A stretch of DNA of 64,000 nucleotides from a virus: positions 49,158 through 113,157 of the IMG/VR virus record IMGVR_UViG_3300032282_001564; one strand, written 5' to 3'. Numbering within the stretch: position 1 is the stretch's first letter; each line of letters starts with the position of its first letter. Both the position numbers and the translations under genes were made by a program. This document shows, piece by piece, positions 9,458-19,404 of the stretch. The notes beneath the pieces are model-generated. The model ran no database searches. It saw only the letters and a list, made by a program, of their open reading frames with translations, and was not told the DNA's origin.

Positions 9458-10770
9458 GTAAAGACTTTTATAACAAAGGTTACGATTATATGGCTCGCAA
9501 GCCATATTTCATTGAACGTGAAGAACTAACACCACGCCAATGGCAATTACTAACTGAAAGCGATCGCTTCTGTATGCTTCCGTGGATGCACATGCATGCC
9601 TTTCCGGATGGTCGTGCTTATCCTTGTTGTTTAGCTGACTACTGGCATCCAGTCGGTGATTTACGCAAAGACACAATGGCGGAAGTATGGAACCAAGACG
9701 CATATAAAACAATGCGTACAAATATGTTAACTGAGCGTGAGTGCAAAGAGTGTACAAAATGTTACGAACAAGAAGCAAATGGTTTCTTTAGTATGCGTAA
9801 CGATAGCAATCGTAATTATGGACATCATATAGCCGAAGTAGAAAACACCAAGCCAGATGGCACTAACCCAGAATTTAAAATTCGTTATTGGGACGTTCGC
9901 TTTAGTAACTTATGTAATTTTAGCTGTCGTAGTTGCGGTCCTATTTTTAGCTCAAATTGGTATAACGATCATGTAAAGTTATATAATCGTAAACCTGATG
10001 TACTTGGTCGTGATATGGCTAGAGTTGAATACACTACCGGTGACGAAGATAATATGATAGCTCAAATGATGCCACACGTACCACATCTAGAGCAAGTATA
10101 CTTTGCCGGTGGCGAACCATTGATCATGAAAGAACATTACTTTCTGTTAGAAAAATTAGAAGAACTAGATAAAACAGAAGTGCGAATTCAATACAACACA
10201 AACTTTAGCGAACTACGCTACAAGGACAAGCACGTATTTGATTACTGGCGAAAGTTTAAGAATGTCAGTGTGGGTGCAAGTCTTGATGCTAGTGGAGCCA
10301 GGGCAGAGCTAATGCGTAAAGGAACAGACTGGGCACAAGCAGTTGATAACCGTCGACGTATGCAAACAGAAGTGCCACACGTAGACTTTTATATCAGTGC
10401 CACAGTTAGTGCTATGAACATTCTACACGTACTAGACTTTCATCAAGAGTGGACTGAATTAGGATTAATTAGAGCACAAGACTTTAATGTAAATATTTGC
10501 CAAAGTCCCGAATGGTATCGTATTGATATCTTCCCTGAATGGTTTAAGAACGATGTTATTATTCCTGCATATGAACGACATATTGCTTGGTTGGAGCCAC
10601 AGGATAATCTTAAACGTGCCACTAACGGATTTAAGTCAGCCTTGAACTTTTTACGTTCCGGAGATCAAAGTCATCACTGGCCACGCTTTGTAGAAGAAAT
10701 ACGTAAGTTAGATGAAATACGTGGCGAAGATTTTTGGGCAACTTTCCCAGAGCTTGCTAGTTTAAAATGA
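9454..10770 (+). CDS. Radical SAM protein with N-terminal twitch/SPASM-like domain
   Basis: CNFSCRSC, 'AGGEP', N-terminal FCMLPW...PCC...CTKC. Confidence 0.9.
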   Translation: MSKDFYNKGYDYMARKPYFIEREELTPRQWQLLTESDRFCMLPWMHMHAFPDGRAYPCCLADYWHPVGDLRKDTMAEVWNQDAYKTMRTNMLTERECKECTKCYEQEANGFFSMRNDSNRNYGHHIAEVENTKPDGTNPEFKIRYWDVRFSNLCNFSCRSCGPIFSSNWYNDHVKLYNRKPDVLGRDMARVEYTTGDEDNMIAQMMPHVPHLEQVYFAGGEPLIMKEHYFLLEKLEELDKTEVRIQYNTNFSELRYKDKHVFDYWRKFKNVSVGASLDASGARAELMRKGTDWAQAVDNRRRMQTEVPHVDFYISATVSAMNILHVLDFHQEWTELGLIRAQDFNVNICQSPEWYRIDIFPEWFKNDVIIPAYERHIAWLEPQDNLKRATNGFKSALNFLRSGDQSHHWPRFVEEIRKLDEIRGEDFWATFPELASLK

Positions 10771-11768
10771 TAAACTATAAAGATATACGTAGCGTACATT
10801 TTGAGATTAGTACTAGATGTAATAGTACTTGTCCTGATTGTCCACGCAACTTTCGCGGGGTAGACTTAGTAGATACATATCCAGTTACTGATATGAGTCT
10901 TGCTGATGCTAAACGTGTGTTTACTGTTGATTTCCTACAACAGTTAAATCATATTACTATCAATGGTAACTTTGGTGACTTTGTTACTGCACGTGATGGA
11001 TTAGAAATTGTAAAGTATTTTAAATCGGCTAACCCTGGTTTGTATATAGAAATTAGTACCAACGGTAGTGCTCGCCCGGACATCTGGGATCCATTAGGTC
11101 GACTAGGTGTTAAAGTTTATTTTAGGCTTGATGGATTAAAAGACACACATCATCTATATAGACAGGGAACAGACTTTGAGTTTATACTAGATAATGCCAG
11201 CAAATTTATTGCCGCCGGTGGCAATGCAGTTTGGTCTATGATTGTATTTGATCACAATCGCTACCAAATTGAAGAAGCCAGAGCAATGAGCCAAACTTTG
11301 GGTTTTCAAGAGTTTGATGAAGTATACGCAGGGAGAGATGTAATGCCTGTGTTTACTAGAGATAAAAAATTAAGTCATGTAATTGGTGACTATCGCGGTA
11401 GCACAGATTTTGATCAACTATTCAATGCCTATAACTATTATAAAGTAGATCCTACTGTAGCGGTAAAGGCAGAAAAGACAAATTATAAAATTGATTGTTA
11501 CGCTAAACGTAATCAAGAAATATACATCTGTGCCAATGGCGAAGTTTATCCTTGCTGTTGGATTGGCAACTATCCACGACATAGTTGTGCTCGCCCTAGT
11601 AACTATCAACTACAGCCGTTAATTAAAGACAACAACGCAATTGAACATGGAATAGAAACAGCCATTACATGGTTCAACCAAATAGAAAAAACTTGGGATA
11701 TAGATGGAGTCCCAAATGGTAAAATATATGAATGCAACGAAACCTGCGGAATTAAAAATGCTTCCTAA
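10767..11768 (+). CDS. Radical SAM protein with C-terminal SPASM/twitch domain
   Basis: CNSTCPDC, 'GNFGD', C-terminal C...GEVYPCC...CNETC. Confidence 0.9.
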   Translation: MINYKDIRSVHFEISTRCNSTCPDCPRNFRGVDLVDTYPVTDMSLADAKRVFTVDFLQQLNHITINGNFGDFVTARDGLEIVKYFKSANPGLYIEISTNGSARPDIWDPLGRLGVKVYFRLDGLKDTHHLYRQGTDFEFILDNASKFIAAGGNAVWSMIVFDHNRYQIEEARAMSQTLGFQEFDEVYAGRDVMPVFTRDKKLSHVIGDYRGSTDFDQLFNAYNYYKVDPTVAVKAEKTNYKIDCYAKRNQEIYICANGEVYPCCWIGNYPRHSCARPSNYQLQPLIKDNNAIEHGIETAITWFNQIEKTWDIDGVPNGKIYECNETCGIKNAS

Positions 11769-12972
11769 GACTATCTGTATGCTACCTTGGATTAGTGTTG
11801 AAACTAGCCCAATGGGTACAGTACGCCCGTGCTGTATGGCACATGATGAGATAGTAGATGACAATGGAAAGAAATACGACTTAAATGAAACAACGATTGA
11901 AGAAGCGTACCATAGTACTTATATGCAAAAATTGCGACAGGAGTTCCGTGATGGAAACAGACCGGGAACCTGTAACCGCTGTTGGGAGGAAGAGGCAGCG
12001 GGCCGAGACAGCAAACGAATCCACAGTCAAGTTCGTCTTAAAGAACTGTTTAAAAAAGTAGACTGGGATAATAACAATCCTGACCAACTTTGGTTTGTTG
12101 ATTTAAAACTAGGTAATATCTGTAACTTAAAATGTCGTATATGTGGCTCGTGGTCCAGCTCAAGTTGGGCTACAGAAGAAATGGCCTACTTAGAACCTGG
12201 ACGCAACAAGAAAGAACACATTGCCTACACTTGGTTAAAACAAGGCGCATGGCCACGTAAGACAACAACGTTCTGGGATAATATGCGTGAGCTTATTCCT
12301 AACATCAGATACTTTGAGTTTACTGGCGGTGAGCCTTGGATGATTCAGGAGCACTGGGACCTATTAAAATTTGCCGCAGATAATAGATACAGTCAAAACA
12401 TTGACATACATTACAACACCAATGCCACACAAGAGCTAGGCGAACATACTGCGGTATGGAGCAAATTTGGTCGGGTAGACATTGCCTTCAGCGTTGACAA
12501 TGTGGAAGAACGTTTTGAATATGAACGTTACGGTGCTGATTGGGTGTTGGCAAATAAAATCATCGACGATGTGCATTTTGCCAAAGAAGTGGATAGCCCT
12601 AACATAACCACACAACTTTGTTTTACTATCAATATTCAGAATGTTTACTACCTAGATGAATTACTTGCGTGGGCAAACACTAAAAACTTTGGTGACATAT
12701 ATTTTAATATGCTACACAGTCCAGACCATATGAGCATACAGCATATGACTCCGCAAGCACAAGAATTAGTCTTAAACAAACTTAAAACTACATTTTGGAC
12801 TAGCCGTAAGTATCAAGAAGAAATCAATAGTGTCATTAATTTTATCGAAGCGGGCCCAGGTAGTGATGGTCAAGAGTTCTTACGTAAAATGAAACAAACA
12901 GATGCGTATCGCAAACAAGACTTTAGAGATACACATAGAGAAATAGCTATTGCTATGGGTTATGAAGATTAA
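11758..12972 (+). CDS. Radical SAM protein with N-terminal twitch/SPASM-like domain
   Basis: CNLKCRIC, 'TGGEP', N-terminal ICMLPW...PCC...CNRC; ATG at 11758 chosen. Confidence 0.9.
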   Translation: MLPKTICMLPWISVETSPMGTVRPCCMAHDEIVDDNGKKYDLNETTIEEAYHSTYMQKLRQEFRDGNRPGTCNRCWEEEAAGRDSKRIHSQVRLKELFKKVDWDNNNPDQLWFVDLKLGNICNLKCRICGSWSSSSWATEEMAYLEPGRNKKEHIAYTWLKQGAWPRKTTTFWDNMRELIPNIRYFEFTGGEPWMIQEHWDLLKFAADNRYSQNIDIHYNTNATQELGEHTAVWSKFGRVDIAFSVDNVEERFEYERYGADWVLANKIIDDVHFAKEVDSPNITTQLCFTINIQNVYYLDELLAWANTKNFGDIYFNMLHSPDHMSIQHMTPQAQELVLNKLKTTFWTSRKYQEEINSVINFIEAGPGSDGQEFLRKMKQTDAYRKQDFRDTHREIAIAMGYED

Positions 12973-13903
12973 ACTAGTTCACTTCAACAATGAATTTGGT
13001 AAATTTGTTTACCCAGCGTTTGCTGATTGTTTTTCTAACTACTTTGAATTAGAAGAATATGATACTACAAAAACGTACGATAAAGCCAGTACTGTATTTG
13101 TAATTAACACGCATCAATATATTTTTGTTAATCATTTAGTAAACGATGGATACAAAGTTTTAGTAGAAAATCTACAGGAAAATTCTATTAACACACCATT
13201 GTCAGGCGAGCGAGTACAGCATATGATTTGTGTACACGATACTCGCATTACTGATATGATTACTGTACCTTTGTATTTTTGGTACAAAGAAAGTCGGCAG
13301 TTTGACTACAGGTCTTTACCAAGAACTAACACAGCCGATCTTAAATTTTTATTAATGATGAATTACCAAAGGGGTTTTAGAGATGCAATACATTATGTGT
13401 TTGACGACATACGTAATGAAGGCCTATATAGCTATGTTAGCCACGGCATACAAATGCCCAGAGACATTAGGCAAAGCCAACCCCATTGGGATAGATACAT
13501 TAACGCCGAATGGTATAACCGTACACAATTTAGTGTAGTAGTAGAAACGGCAATGACCCGTGGCCCAAGGGAAGTTTTTATAACAGAAAAAACAACAAAG
13601 CCGTTGGCAATGCGGCATCCGTTTATTACTTTGGCTTGTCCCGAAACACTAGCATTACTTAGAGCCGCAGGATTTGAAACGTACAATAACTTATTTGACG
13701 AAACATATGATACGGTCTTAGATGAACATGAAAGAATTAGAAACGTATATCAACAAGTAAAAAATTACAACCATAATGGTTACGATAAAATTACACAAGA
13801 TAAAATAGACTATAACTATAATTACTTTTACGATTATAATCAAGTAAACAAAAGATTTACACAAGACATAGTAACACCAATATTAGAATTTGCCAATGAA
13901 TAA
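12962..13903 (+). CDS. Hypothetical glycosyltransferase-like protein (TEK...KP...PF family)
   Basis: 'VVVET...FITEKTTKPLAMRHPFI...GFETYNNLFDETYD'; paralog of 33433-34587; loosely like the GT10/GT-B C-terminal motif. Confidence 0.5.
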   Translation: MKIKLVHFNNEFGKFVYPAFADCFSNYFELEEYDTTKTYDKASTVFVINTHQYIFVNHLVNDGYKVLVENLQENSINTPLSGERVQHMICVHDTRITDMITVPLYFWYKESRQFDYRSLPRTNTADLKFLLMMNYQRGFRDAIHYVFDDIRNEGLYSYVSHGIQMPRDIRQSQPHWDRYINAEWYNRTQFSVVVETAMTRGPREVFITEKTTKPLAMRHPFITLACPETLALLRAAGFETYNNLFDETYDTVLDEHERIRNVYQQVKNYNHNGYDKITQDKIDYNYNYFYDYNQVNKRFTQDIVTPILEFANE

Positions 13904-15197
13904 ACCCGAAACACTATGTATGGCTCCATGGGTACATACTTACCTAAGCCCGCAAACTGAAAGACGTATGTGCTGTGCGTCTAGAGAGCCTGCACAAAAC
14001 TTTCAACAGTATATTGACACTAGTTCGGGTACTGGAAAGTACATACCTATTACGTTAGATAAGCATTGGAATAGTGAACACATGCGTAGTGTACGTCGAC
14101 GCATGATGGCCGGAGAAACATTACCAGAATGCGAAGTGTGTAATGACAAACTTTTAAACACAGACGTTTACCGTAGTTATTTTGAACGCCTGTTTGGGCA
14201 TAAGTATTTACAAGTAGTAGAAAATACAGATTCTACAGGCTATACAACAATGAAGCCTGTTTCGTGGGATTACCGTTTCAGTAATCTTTGTAACTTCAAA
14301 TGTCGTATGTGCGGTGATATGTTATCCAGTGCTTGGGAAACAGAACAACGTCAACATAATATGATCGACTGGAAAGATCCAAACACACACTGGATGAAAC
14401 CTGAAGTCAAAGAGCAAATAACGAAGTTTCAAGACACCCAGGTAGAGCAAGAGTTTGCTACTGCTGTTGAAGAGCACCGAATAGAAGAGGTGTATTGGGT
14501 GGGAGGTGAACCGCTAATGTACGAACAACATTGGAAGTATATGCGGCGCATCATTGAACTTGGAGATGGAAAAAATGTTTATGCTAGGTATAACACAAAT
14601 CTTAGTCGCGTTAATTATCGTGGTATTAATCTCTATCGGGACATACTATCTGGGTTACGTGACTGGCAAATCTGTGCAAGCATCGACGGAACGGGCAGAA
14701 TTGGAGAGTATATTAGATCAGGTCTTAATTTTGATTCGTGGCTTGAGAATCTCCGCGAGGGACTTAACTACAACCGTAGCCGCCGCCAAATCCGTTTGGA
14801 TTTCACTCTTACTACACCAGGACTCTTTGAAGTACAAAAGATACAAGAACTTGCGGACTCGCTCGGAATAGATGTTCTTGCCAAAGTAATTTTTAGTTTT
14901 AGCCCGGACATAGTTATGTCACCTTTAGCCCTACCCAAGGACGTATTACATCCTTGGGTAGACGAGATTATTAACCAGATGCAACATTCCGGCGGCGCCT
15001 TAAAGGATATCTTAGTCCAGCTAAAAACTAGACCTACTTTTGCTGAACAGTGGCCTGACACTTACCAACAAATGGCTCTAAAGGGCAAATTAAGAACTTT
15101 AGAGATTGAAAAAATTCGAAATGACAAGTATACTATGCGTGACATCTTGGCAGAACGTCCAGACGCATTAGCTTGGTGGGATTCAATTGGCAATTAA
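13896..15197 (+). CDS. Radical SAM protein with N-terminal twitch/SPASM-like domain
   Basis: CNFKCRMC, 'VGGEP', N-terminal LCMAPW...MCC...CEVC. Confidence 0.9.
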   Translation: MNKPETLCMAPWVHTYLSPQTERRMCCASREPAQNFQQYIDTSSGTGKYIPITLDKHWNSEHMRSVRRRMMAGETLPECEVCNDKLLNTDVYRSYFERLFGHKYLQVVENTDSTGYTTMKPVSWDYRFSNLCNFKCRMCGDMLSSAWETEQRQHNMIDWKDPNTHWMKPEVKEQITKFQDTQVEQEFATAVEEHRIEEVYWVGGEPLMYEQHWKYMRRIIELGDGKNVYARYNTNLSRVNYRGINLYRDILSGLRDWQICASIDGTGRIGEYIRSGLNFDSWLENLREGLNYNRSRRQIRLDFTLTTPGLFEVQKIQELADSLGIDVLAKVIFSFSPDIVMSPLALPKDVLHPWVDEIINQMQHSGGALKDILVQLKTRPTFAEQWPDTYQQMALKGKLRTLEIEKIRNDKYTMRDILAERPDALAWWDSIGN

Positions 15198-16266
15198 AAT
15201 ACTATTAAGCAACCCTTTACTTAGAAATGATTTTGTTGATTACACAATCGTTCCTAACGATACCCTGCTGGCACATGATTGGCAACAGGCCTTAAAAGGA
15301 ATATTGCAGTCGGGAAATTTATTAGAAAAAAACTTTTGCTTTATGGGCTTTCCAAAAACAGCTCGTACAGTAGAATATTTGTGTAATGAATTAAACGAAC
15401 ACGTAAAGACTATTAATAAGTTCTTTGACAACGAGTATTTTATTTGGGAAATATTTACTCCTGACAATGTAGTGGGATTTGACTATGCTGAAAATGGCAT
15501 TAACCACGACATGATGAATAAGTTACATAATCACTTTGAACGTTTACAAGGTACTGTTGGCGGATTAAGTGTTTATTACCGAAGTGCTGATTATGAAACA
15601 AAGTATGCTATACGACAATTAAATAATATTTGTCACGAGTTAGAAACATTGATATTAAGCAGACGTAAACTAGCAACAGATCCGTATTGGGTACGCCCTA
15701 GCCAAATTACTACGTTCCTACAAGCACAACGCTATGACTTAAAACAGGAACATCGTCAAGGCTTTGTTACCAACGGATATGATCGTGTCTTTGGCGGCGT
15801 CTATATGCATTGGACACAGATAGGCAAGACATTGTTTGAAGTATTCCGTGATGAAAATGCTCCAGAGCTAACAGCAACAGTATGTGAAGCTATTACAGAA
15901 TTAAAATACTACTCGGGCGAATTCGACATTGAGTGGGGCAATAATGTAGTGCGTAATGGTGGTCATCCTTGGCACGACAAAGAACAAAGTCATTTTGAAC
16001 AGTGGTTAATTGAAAACAATAGAGATCCTCAGGATCCTGAATTGAGTTTAGGCTACTTGCCATTGGGACAAGTAGATTTAATGGCCAGCTTTGGGACCAC
16101 AGATTACAAACAAATTTGGGACGTATTAGGTAGTCACTTAGATATACACAGTATAGAAATAGATGGAGTCAGTAGGACCTACGAGTATTGTTGGTCAAAT
16201 CCTGGCTACAAACAAATGCAAATAGATATAATGAAGCCAGGATATGATTATAGTAGCCGGGGGTGA
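15187..16266 (+). CDS. Hypothetical protein
   Basis: 359-aa ORF with TTG start and His-containing motifs 'LHNHFE' and 'NNICHELE'. Confidence 0.75.
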   Translation: MAIKILLSNPLLRNDFVDYTIVPNDTLLAHDWQQALKGILQSGNLLEKNFCFMGFPKTARTVEYLCNELNEHVKTINKFFDNEYFIWEIFTPDNVVGFDYAENGINHDMMNKLHNHFERLQGTVGGLSVYYRSADYETKYAIRQLNNICHELETLILSRRKLATDPYWVRPSQITTFLQAQRYDLKQEHRQGFVTNGYDRVFGGVYMHWTQIGKTLFEVFRDENAPELTATVCEAITELKYYSGEFDIEWGNNVVRNGGHPWHDKEQSHFEQWLIENNRDPQDPELSLGYLPLGQVDLMASFGTTDYKQIWDVLGSHLDIHSIEIDGVSRTYEYCWSNPGYKQMQIDIMKPGYDYSSRG

Positions 16267-17056
16267 TAGTTTTGTTTACGGTAGTGAGTTAGCAGACTGT
16301 AATGGAGAATACAGTCAAAGCACCTTTACGGCGCTACTAGCCAGTGGACAAGAATACGAATGTGTAGCGTGGCCGGGCAACGGCAATGACGCTATTGCTC
16401 GTCGTGTTGTCAGTGAGTGCGAAGCACTATATCCAGTAAAACCTTTTGTTATTGTGTCTTGGACTTTTCCCGGACGATATGAATTCCGTTTTAACTACCA
16501 TACTGGACAGCGTACAGGCAATTGGTACAGCATCAATGCCTGGACAGTAGAACAAGATGTTACTCGTATTGAACGCGAGTTTATGATAGAAGACAAAGAT
16601 ATATTAGATTATCAAGTTGCTACAATTAAACGTGCTAGACAAACCGGTGTTGCTGATTTTGCTGAAACTTTTTACAAACACATAGGTGATAGCGAGTACT
16701 GGGAAGTATACAGTAGTCTTAAAGAAATAGTATATTTGCAAAACTATTTAAAAGCCAATGGCATTGGTTATATGTTTACTTGTGCAGATAATAGCATTTG
16801 GTACAACTACACTATCAATAATGCCGACACTACAATACATAGCCTAACTGAACAAATACACAGAGACCAGGAGCATTGGTTTTGGTTCCCTGCAGGATCC
16901 GGTAGTCATCAAACCGAACAGCCAAGAGGGTTTTACCAATGGGCAGTAGAGAATAAATACCCAGTAGGCACTACACATCCTCTCGAAGCGGCACACGCTG
17001 ATGCCGCTAAATTAATGAAAGATCAATTCAATGAACTGGTTAAAAAATCTGTATAA
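16244..17056 (+). CDS. SGNH/GDSL hydrolase-like protein
   Basis: 'GDSFVYG' block I, 'GNGNDAI', C-terminal 'THPLEAAH'. Confidence 0.7.
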   Translation: MIIVAGGDSFVYGSELADCNGEYSQSTFTALLASGQEYECVAWPGNGNDAIARRVVSECEALYPVKPFVIVSWTFPGRYEFRFNYHTGQRTGNWYSINAWTVEQDVTRIEREFMIEDKDILDYQVATIKRARQTGVADFAETFYKHIGDSEYWEVYSSLKEIVYLQNYLKANGIGYMFTCADNSIWYNYTINNADTTIHSLTEQIHRDQEHWFWFPAGSGSHQTEQPRGFYQWAVENKYPVGTTHPLEAAHADAAKLMKDQFNELVKKSV

Positions 17057-17132
17057 CAGAATTAAGTTAGAAATTCGCTATCGCAAAAAACTTAAAGAGT
17101 TGCGTAAACGTGATCCTTTTATTTACAAATGA
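17031..17132 (+). CDS. 33-aa basic peptide (MNWLKNLYNRIKLEIRYRKKLKELRKRDPFIYK), absent from the ORF track
   Basis: Fills the gap between the SGNH gene and the halogenase; its stop overlaps the halogenase ATG (ATGA). Confidence 0.7.
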   Translation: MNWLKNLYNRIKLEIRYRKKLKELRKRDPFIYK

Positions 17133-18703
17133 TTAATGTTTGCATAGTTGGCGGCGGCTTTACTGGATGGATGACTGCGGTTATCCTAAAGAAAGAATGC
17201 CCTCGGGCTCGTATTACTATTATTGATAGCCCTACCGAGCCACAACGCATGGGCGTCGGCGAAAGCTGTCCTGACAATTGGCTCATATGGTTATTAGACC
17301 ATCTTAAAGTACCAATGGATCAACGTAGCGATTGGTTTAAGAACTGGCTACTTGAAACTAACAGTATGCTCAAGTATGGTGTACGTTGGTATGATTGGAA
17401 TGGCGTAGGCACAAGAGATTTCTTAGTTCCATGGACTCCAAACTCAGACGCACATAATATAATGAATGGCGGAATTATACAGTTTCCCAAGACAGCCGCT
17501 GATGCATACAAGATGTCAGACATATGGTATGAGTTGTACTTGCAAGGCCGACGCAACATAGAAGATTTTAACGTTGACCTAGGCGACCTATATTGGACTA
17601 TCAGTCAAAATCGTGTTCCATACTATCAAGGTAAGTTTCATAATTTCCAAAGTTACACTTGTCAAATTAATACCACAGATGTAACAGCATGGTTCAAACG
17701 CACATACGCACACGAAATAGATCAAATATTAAATGTAACAATAGCCGACGCAGAATTAACAGAATCGGGTGCTGTCCGTGCTGTAGTTGATACAGAAGGC
17801 AACAGACATACTGCCGATCTGTTTATTGACTGTTCGGGTTTTAAACGTATTTTTAATCGTTACGTAGATTTTGATTTCCGTCCTGGATATAATCGTGTTG
17901 TCCATCGTTCAGCGGCTGTTACTATCAATCGTTATAACAGCAACGAAGATATACTAAATGAAATGGTGCCTTACACACGTTTCAATACTATGCGTAATGG
18001 CTGGCGCTGGGAAATACCTTTACTAAAGACCAAGAGCTTTGGTTATGTCTTTGATAGAGAATTTACTAACAAAGAAGAAGCATTTGCTGAGTTAACAGAA
18101 CGCACAGGTACTGACCGTCGTGTATTAGATCCTGTGCTAATAGAATGGGAACCAGGATTCTGCAGACGTGCTTGGTCTAAGAATGTAATTACCTTGGGAC
18201 TAAGTACAGGCTTCATTGACCCAATTGATGGTAACAGTATTGCTACACAACGATTACAAATAGATCATATTGTTAATGCTGTACGTAACCCTACTAGCCT
18301 TAACACTGAACGTGAAACATACAATCAAAAAGTTGACCGTATGTTTGCAGATATCTGTTTACGCAAAGATGTAACCTTCTGTCTAGCACCACGTAATGAT
18401 ACAGCCTATTGGCAACGCAATAAAACTCTTTATGATAAACAAGAATTATTAGATCGTTGCCGTGAGCGTCTAAACAATAATGAGTTCTACGGACGTTACC
18501 CATTGTTCTACGACAATGCTTGGCTAGTTTATTTTATCTACTACGGCAATGATGCCAGTTTCCGTACACGCACAAGCGACCCTGAGTTCTTAGATTTTGC
18601 AGATACTTTCTTTGTACATAAAAACAAAGTAGGACAAGCCCGTGCAAAAATCATGCCTACCCAAGTGCAATGGCTTGATTCTATTGGTGCAAAAGTGTTG
18701 TAA
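17129..18703 (+). CDS. Flavin-dependent (tryptophan halogenase family) enzyme
   Basis: GGGFTG FAD motif, 'GVGES', 'LKYG' Lys, 'FIDCSGF', WxWxIP (WRWEIP), 'GFIDPIDG'. Confidence 0.85.
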   Translation: MINVCIVGGGFTGWMTAVILKKECPRARITIIDSPTEPQRMGVGESCPDNWLIWLLDHLKVPMDQRSDWFKNWLLETNSMLKYGVRWYDWNGVGTRDFLVPWTPNSDAHNIMNGGIIQFPKTAADAYKMSDIWYELYLQGRRNIEDFNVDLGDLYWTISQNRVPYYQGKFHNFQSYTCQINTTDVTAWFKRTYAHEIDQILNVTIADAELTESGAVRAVVDTEGNRHTADLFIDCSGFKRIFNRYVDFDFRPGYNRVVHRSAAVTINRYNSNEDILNEMVPYTRFNTMRNGWRWEIPLLKTKSFGYVFDREFTNKEEAFAELTERTGTDRRVLDPVLIEWEPGFCRRAWSKNVITLGLSTGFIDPIDGNSIATQRLQIDHIVNAVRNPTSLNTERETYNQKVDRMFADICLRKDVTFCLAPRNDTAYWQRNKTLYDKQELLDRCRERLNNNEFYGRYPLFYDNAWLVYFIYYGNDASFRTRTSDPEFLDFADTFFVHKNKVGQARAKIMPTQVQWLDSIGAKVL

Positions 18704-18741
18704 AAAAGCGACAGACCAAAAAATACCCAAAATAGTATACT
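18696..18741 (+). promoter_or_regulatory. Palindromic operator-like box abutting a sigma70-type promoter
   Basis: TGTTG-TAAAAAAG-CGACA (18696-18713) then CAGACC...TATACT. Confidence 0.5.
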
Positions 18742-18772
18742 GATTACTTATTGTAACTCTTTTGGGGGTTTT

Positions 18773-19306
18773 GTGAGTAATCGTATTCTTGTTGCCGTTA
18801 GCATAGTCATTGTTATTATGCTTGTCCGTATTGATATACGAACTACGGATCTAGCTGATAGGGTTGATAATATTGAACGGGTAGTTCATACTAATCATAG
18901 AATTGAATATACTAAACGTGACATTGAATGTTTGGCACGAAACATTTACTACGAAGCTGGTGTTGAATCAGACATTGGCAAGTATGCTGTAGCCCACGTT
19001 ACTGTTAATCGTGTTAAATCTGGTTATTGGGGTAATACTGTTTGCAAAGTAGTTCATGCTCCAAAACAATTCTCCTGGACATTGATTAAACGCCTGCGTC
19101 ATCCTGACCCGGCACTATATGAACGCTGTAAAGATATTGCCGTTGCTACACTAAGTGGCCGTGGTGTTAAAGGTCTTGAGCGTAGTTTATTCTATCATGC
19201 TGACTATATTAAAACTCCACATTGGGCCGATCCCAATCAACAAGTAAAGAAAATCGGACAGCATCTTTTCTACAATAAAGCAAAGAATTCCAATTTGGAA
19301 ATCTAA
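18773..19306 (+). CDS. Cell wall hydrolase (SleB/Hydrolase_2 family) with N-terminal membrane anchor
   Basis: 'CLARNIYYEAG', 'VAHVTVNRV', 'VVHAPKQFSW', 'FYHADY', 'IGQHLFY'. Confidence 0.9.
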   Translation: MSNRILVAVSIVIVIMLVRIDIRTTDLADRVDNIERVVHTNHRIEYTKRDIECLARNIYYEAGVESDIGKYAVAHVTVNRVKSGYWGNTVCKVVHAPKQFSWTLIKRLRHPDPALYERCKDIAVATLSGRGVKGLERSLFYHADYIKTPHWADPNQQVKKIGQHLFYNKAKNSNLEI

Positions 19307-19309
19307 AGG

Positions 19310-19338
19310 TTGACGTAGTCAAAGTTTTGTAGTACAGT
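19310..19338 (+). promoter_or_regulatory. Sigma70-type promoter
   Basis: TTGACG, 17-bp spacer, TACAGT, upstream of the three-gene cassette. Confidence 0.55.
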
Positions 19339-19404
19339 AACACTATTGCCGATGGACATGTCATGGGGACTACGCCGGAGGGAATTACAACTAGGAGAAT
19401 TATT

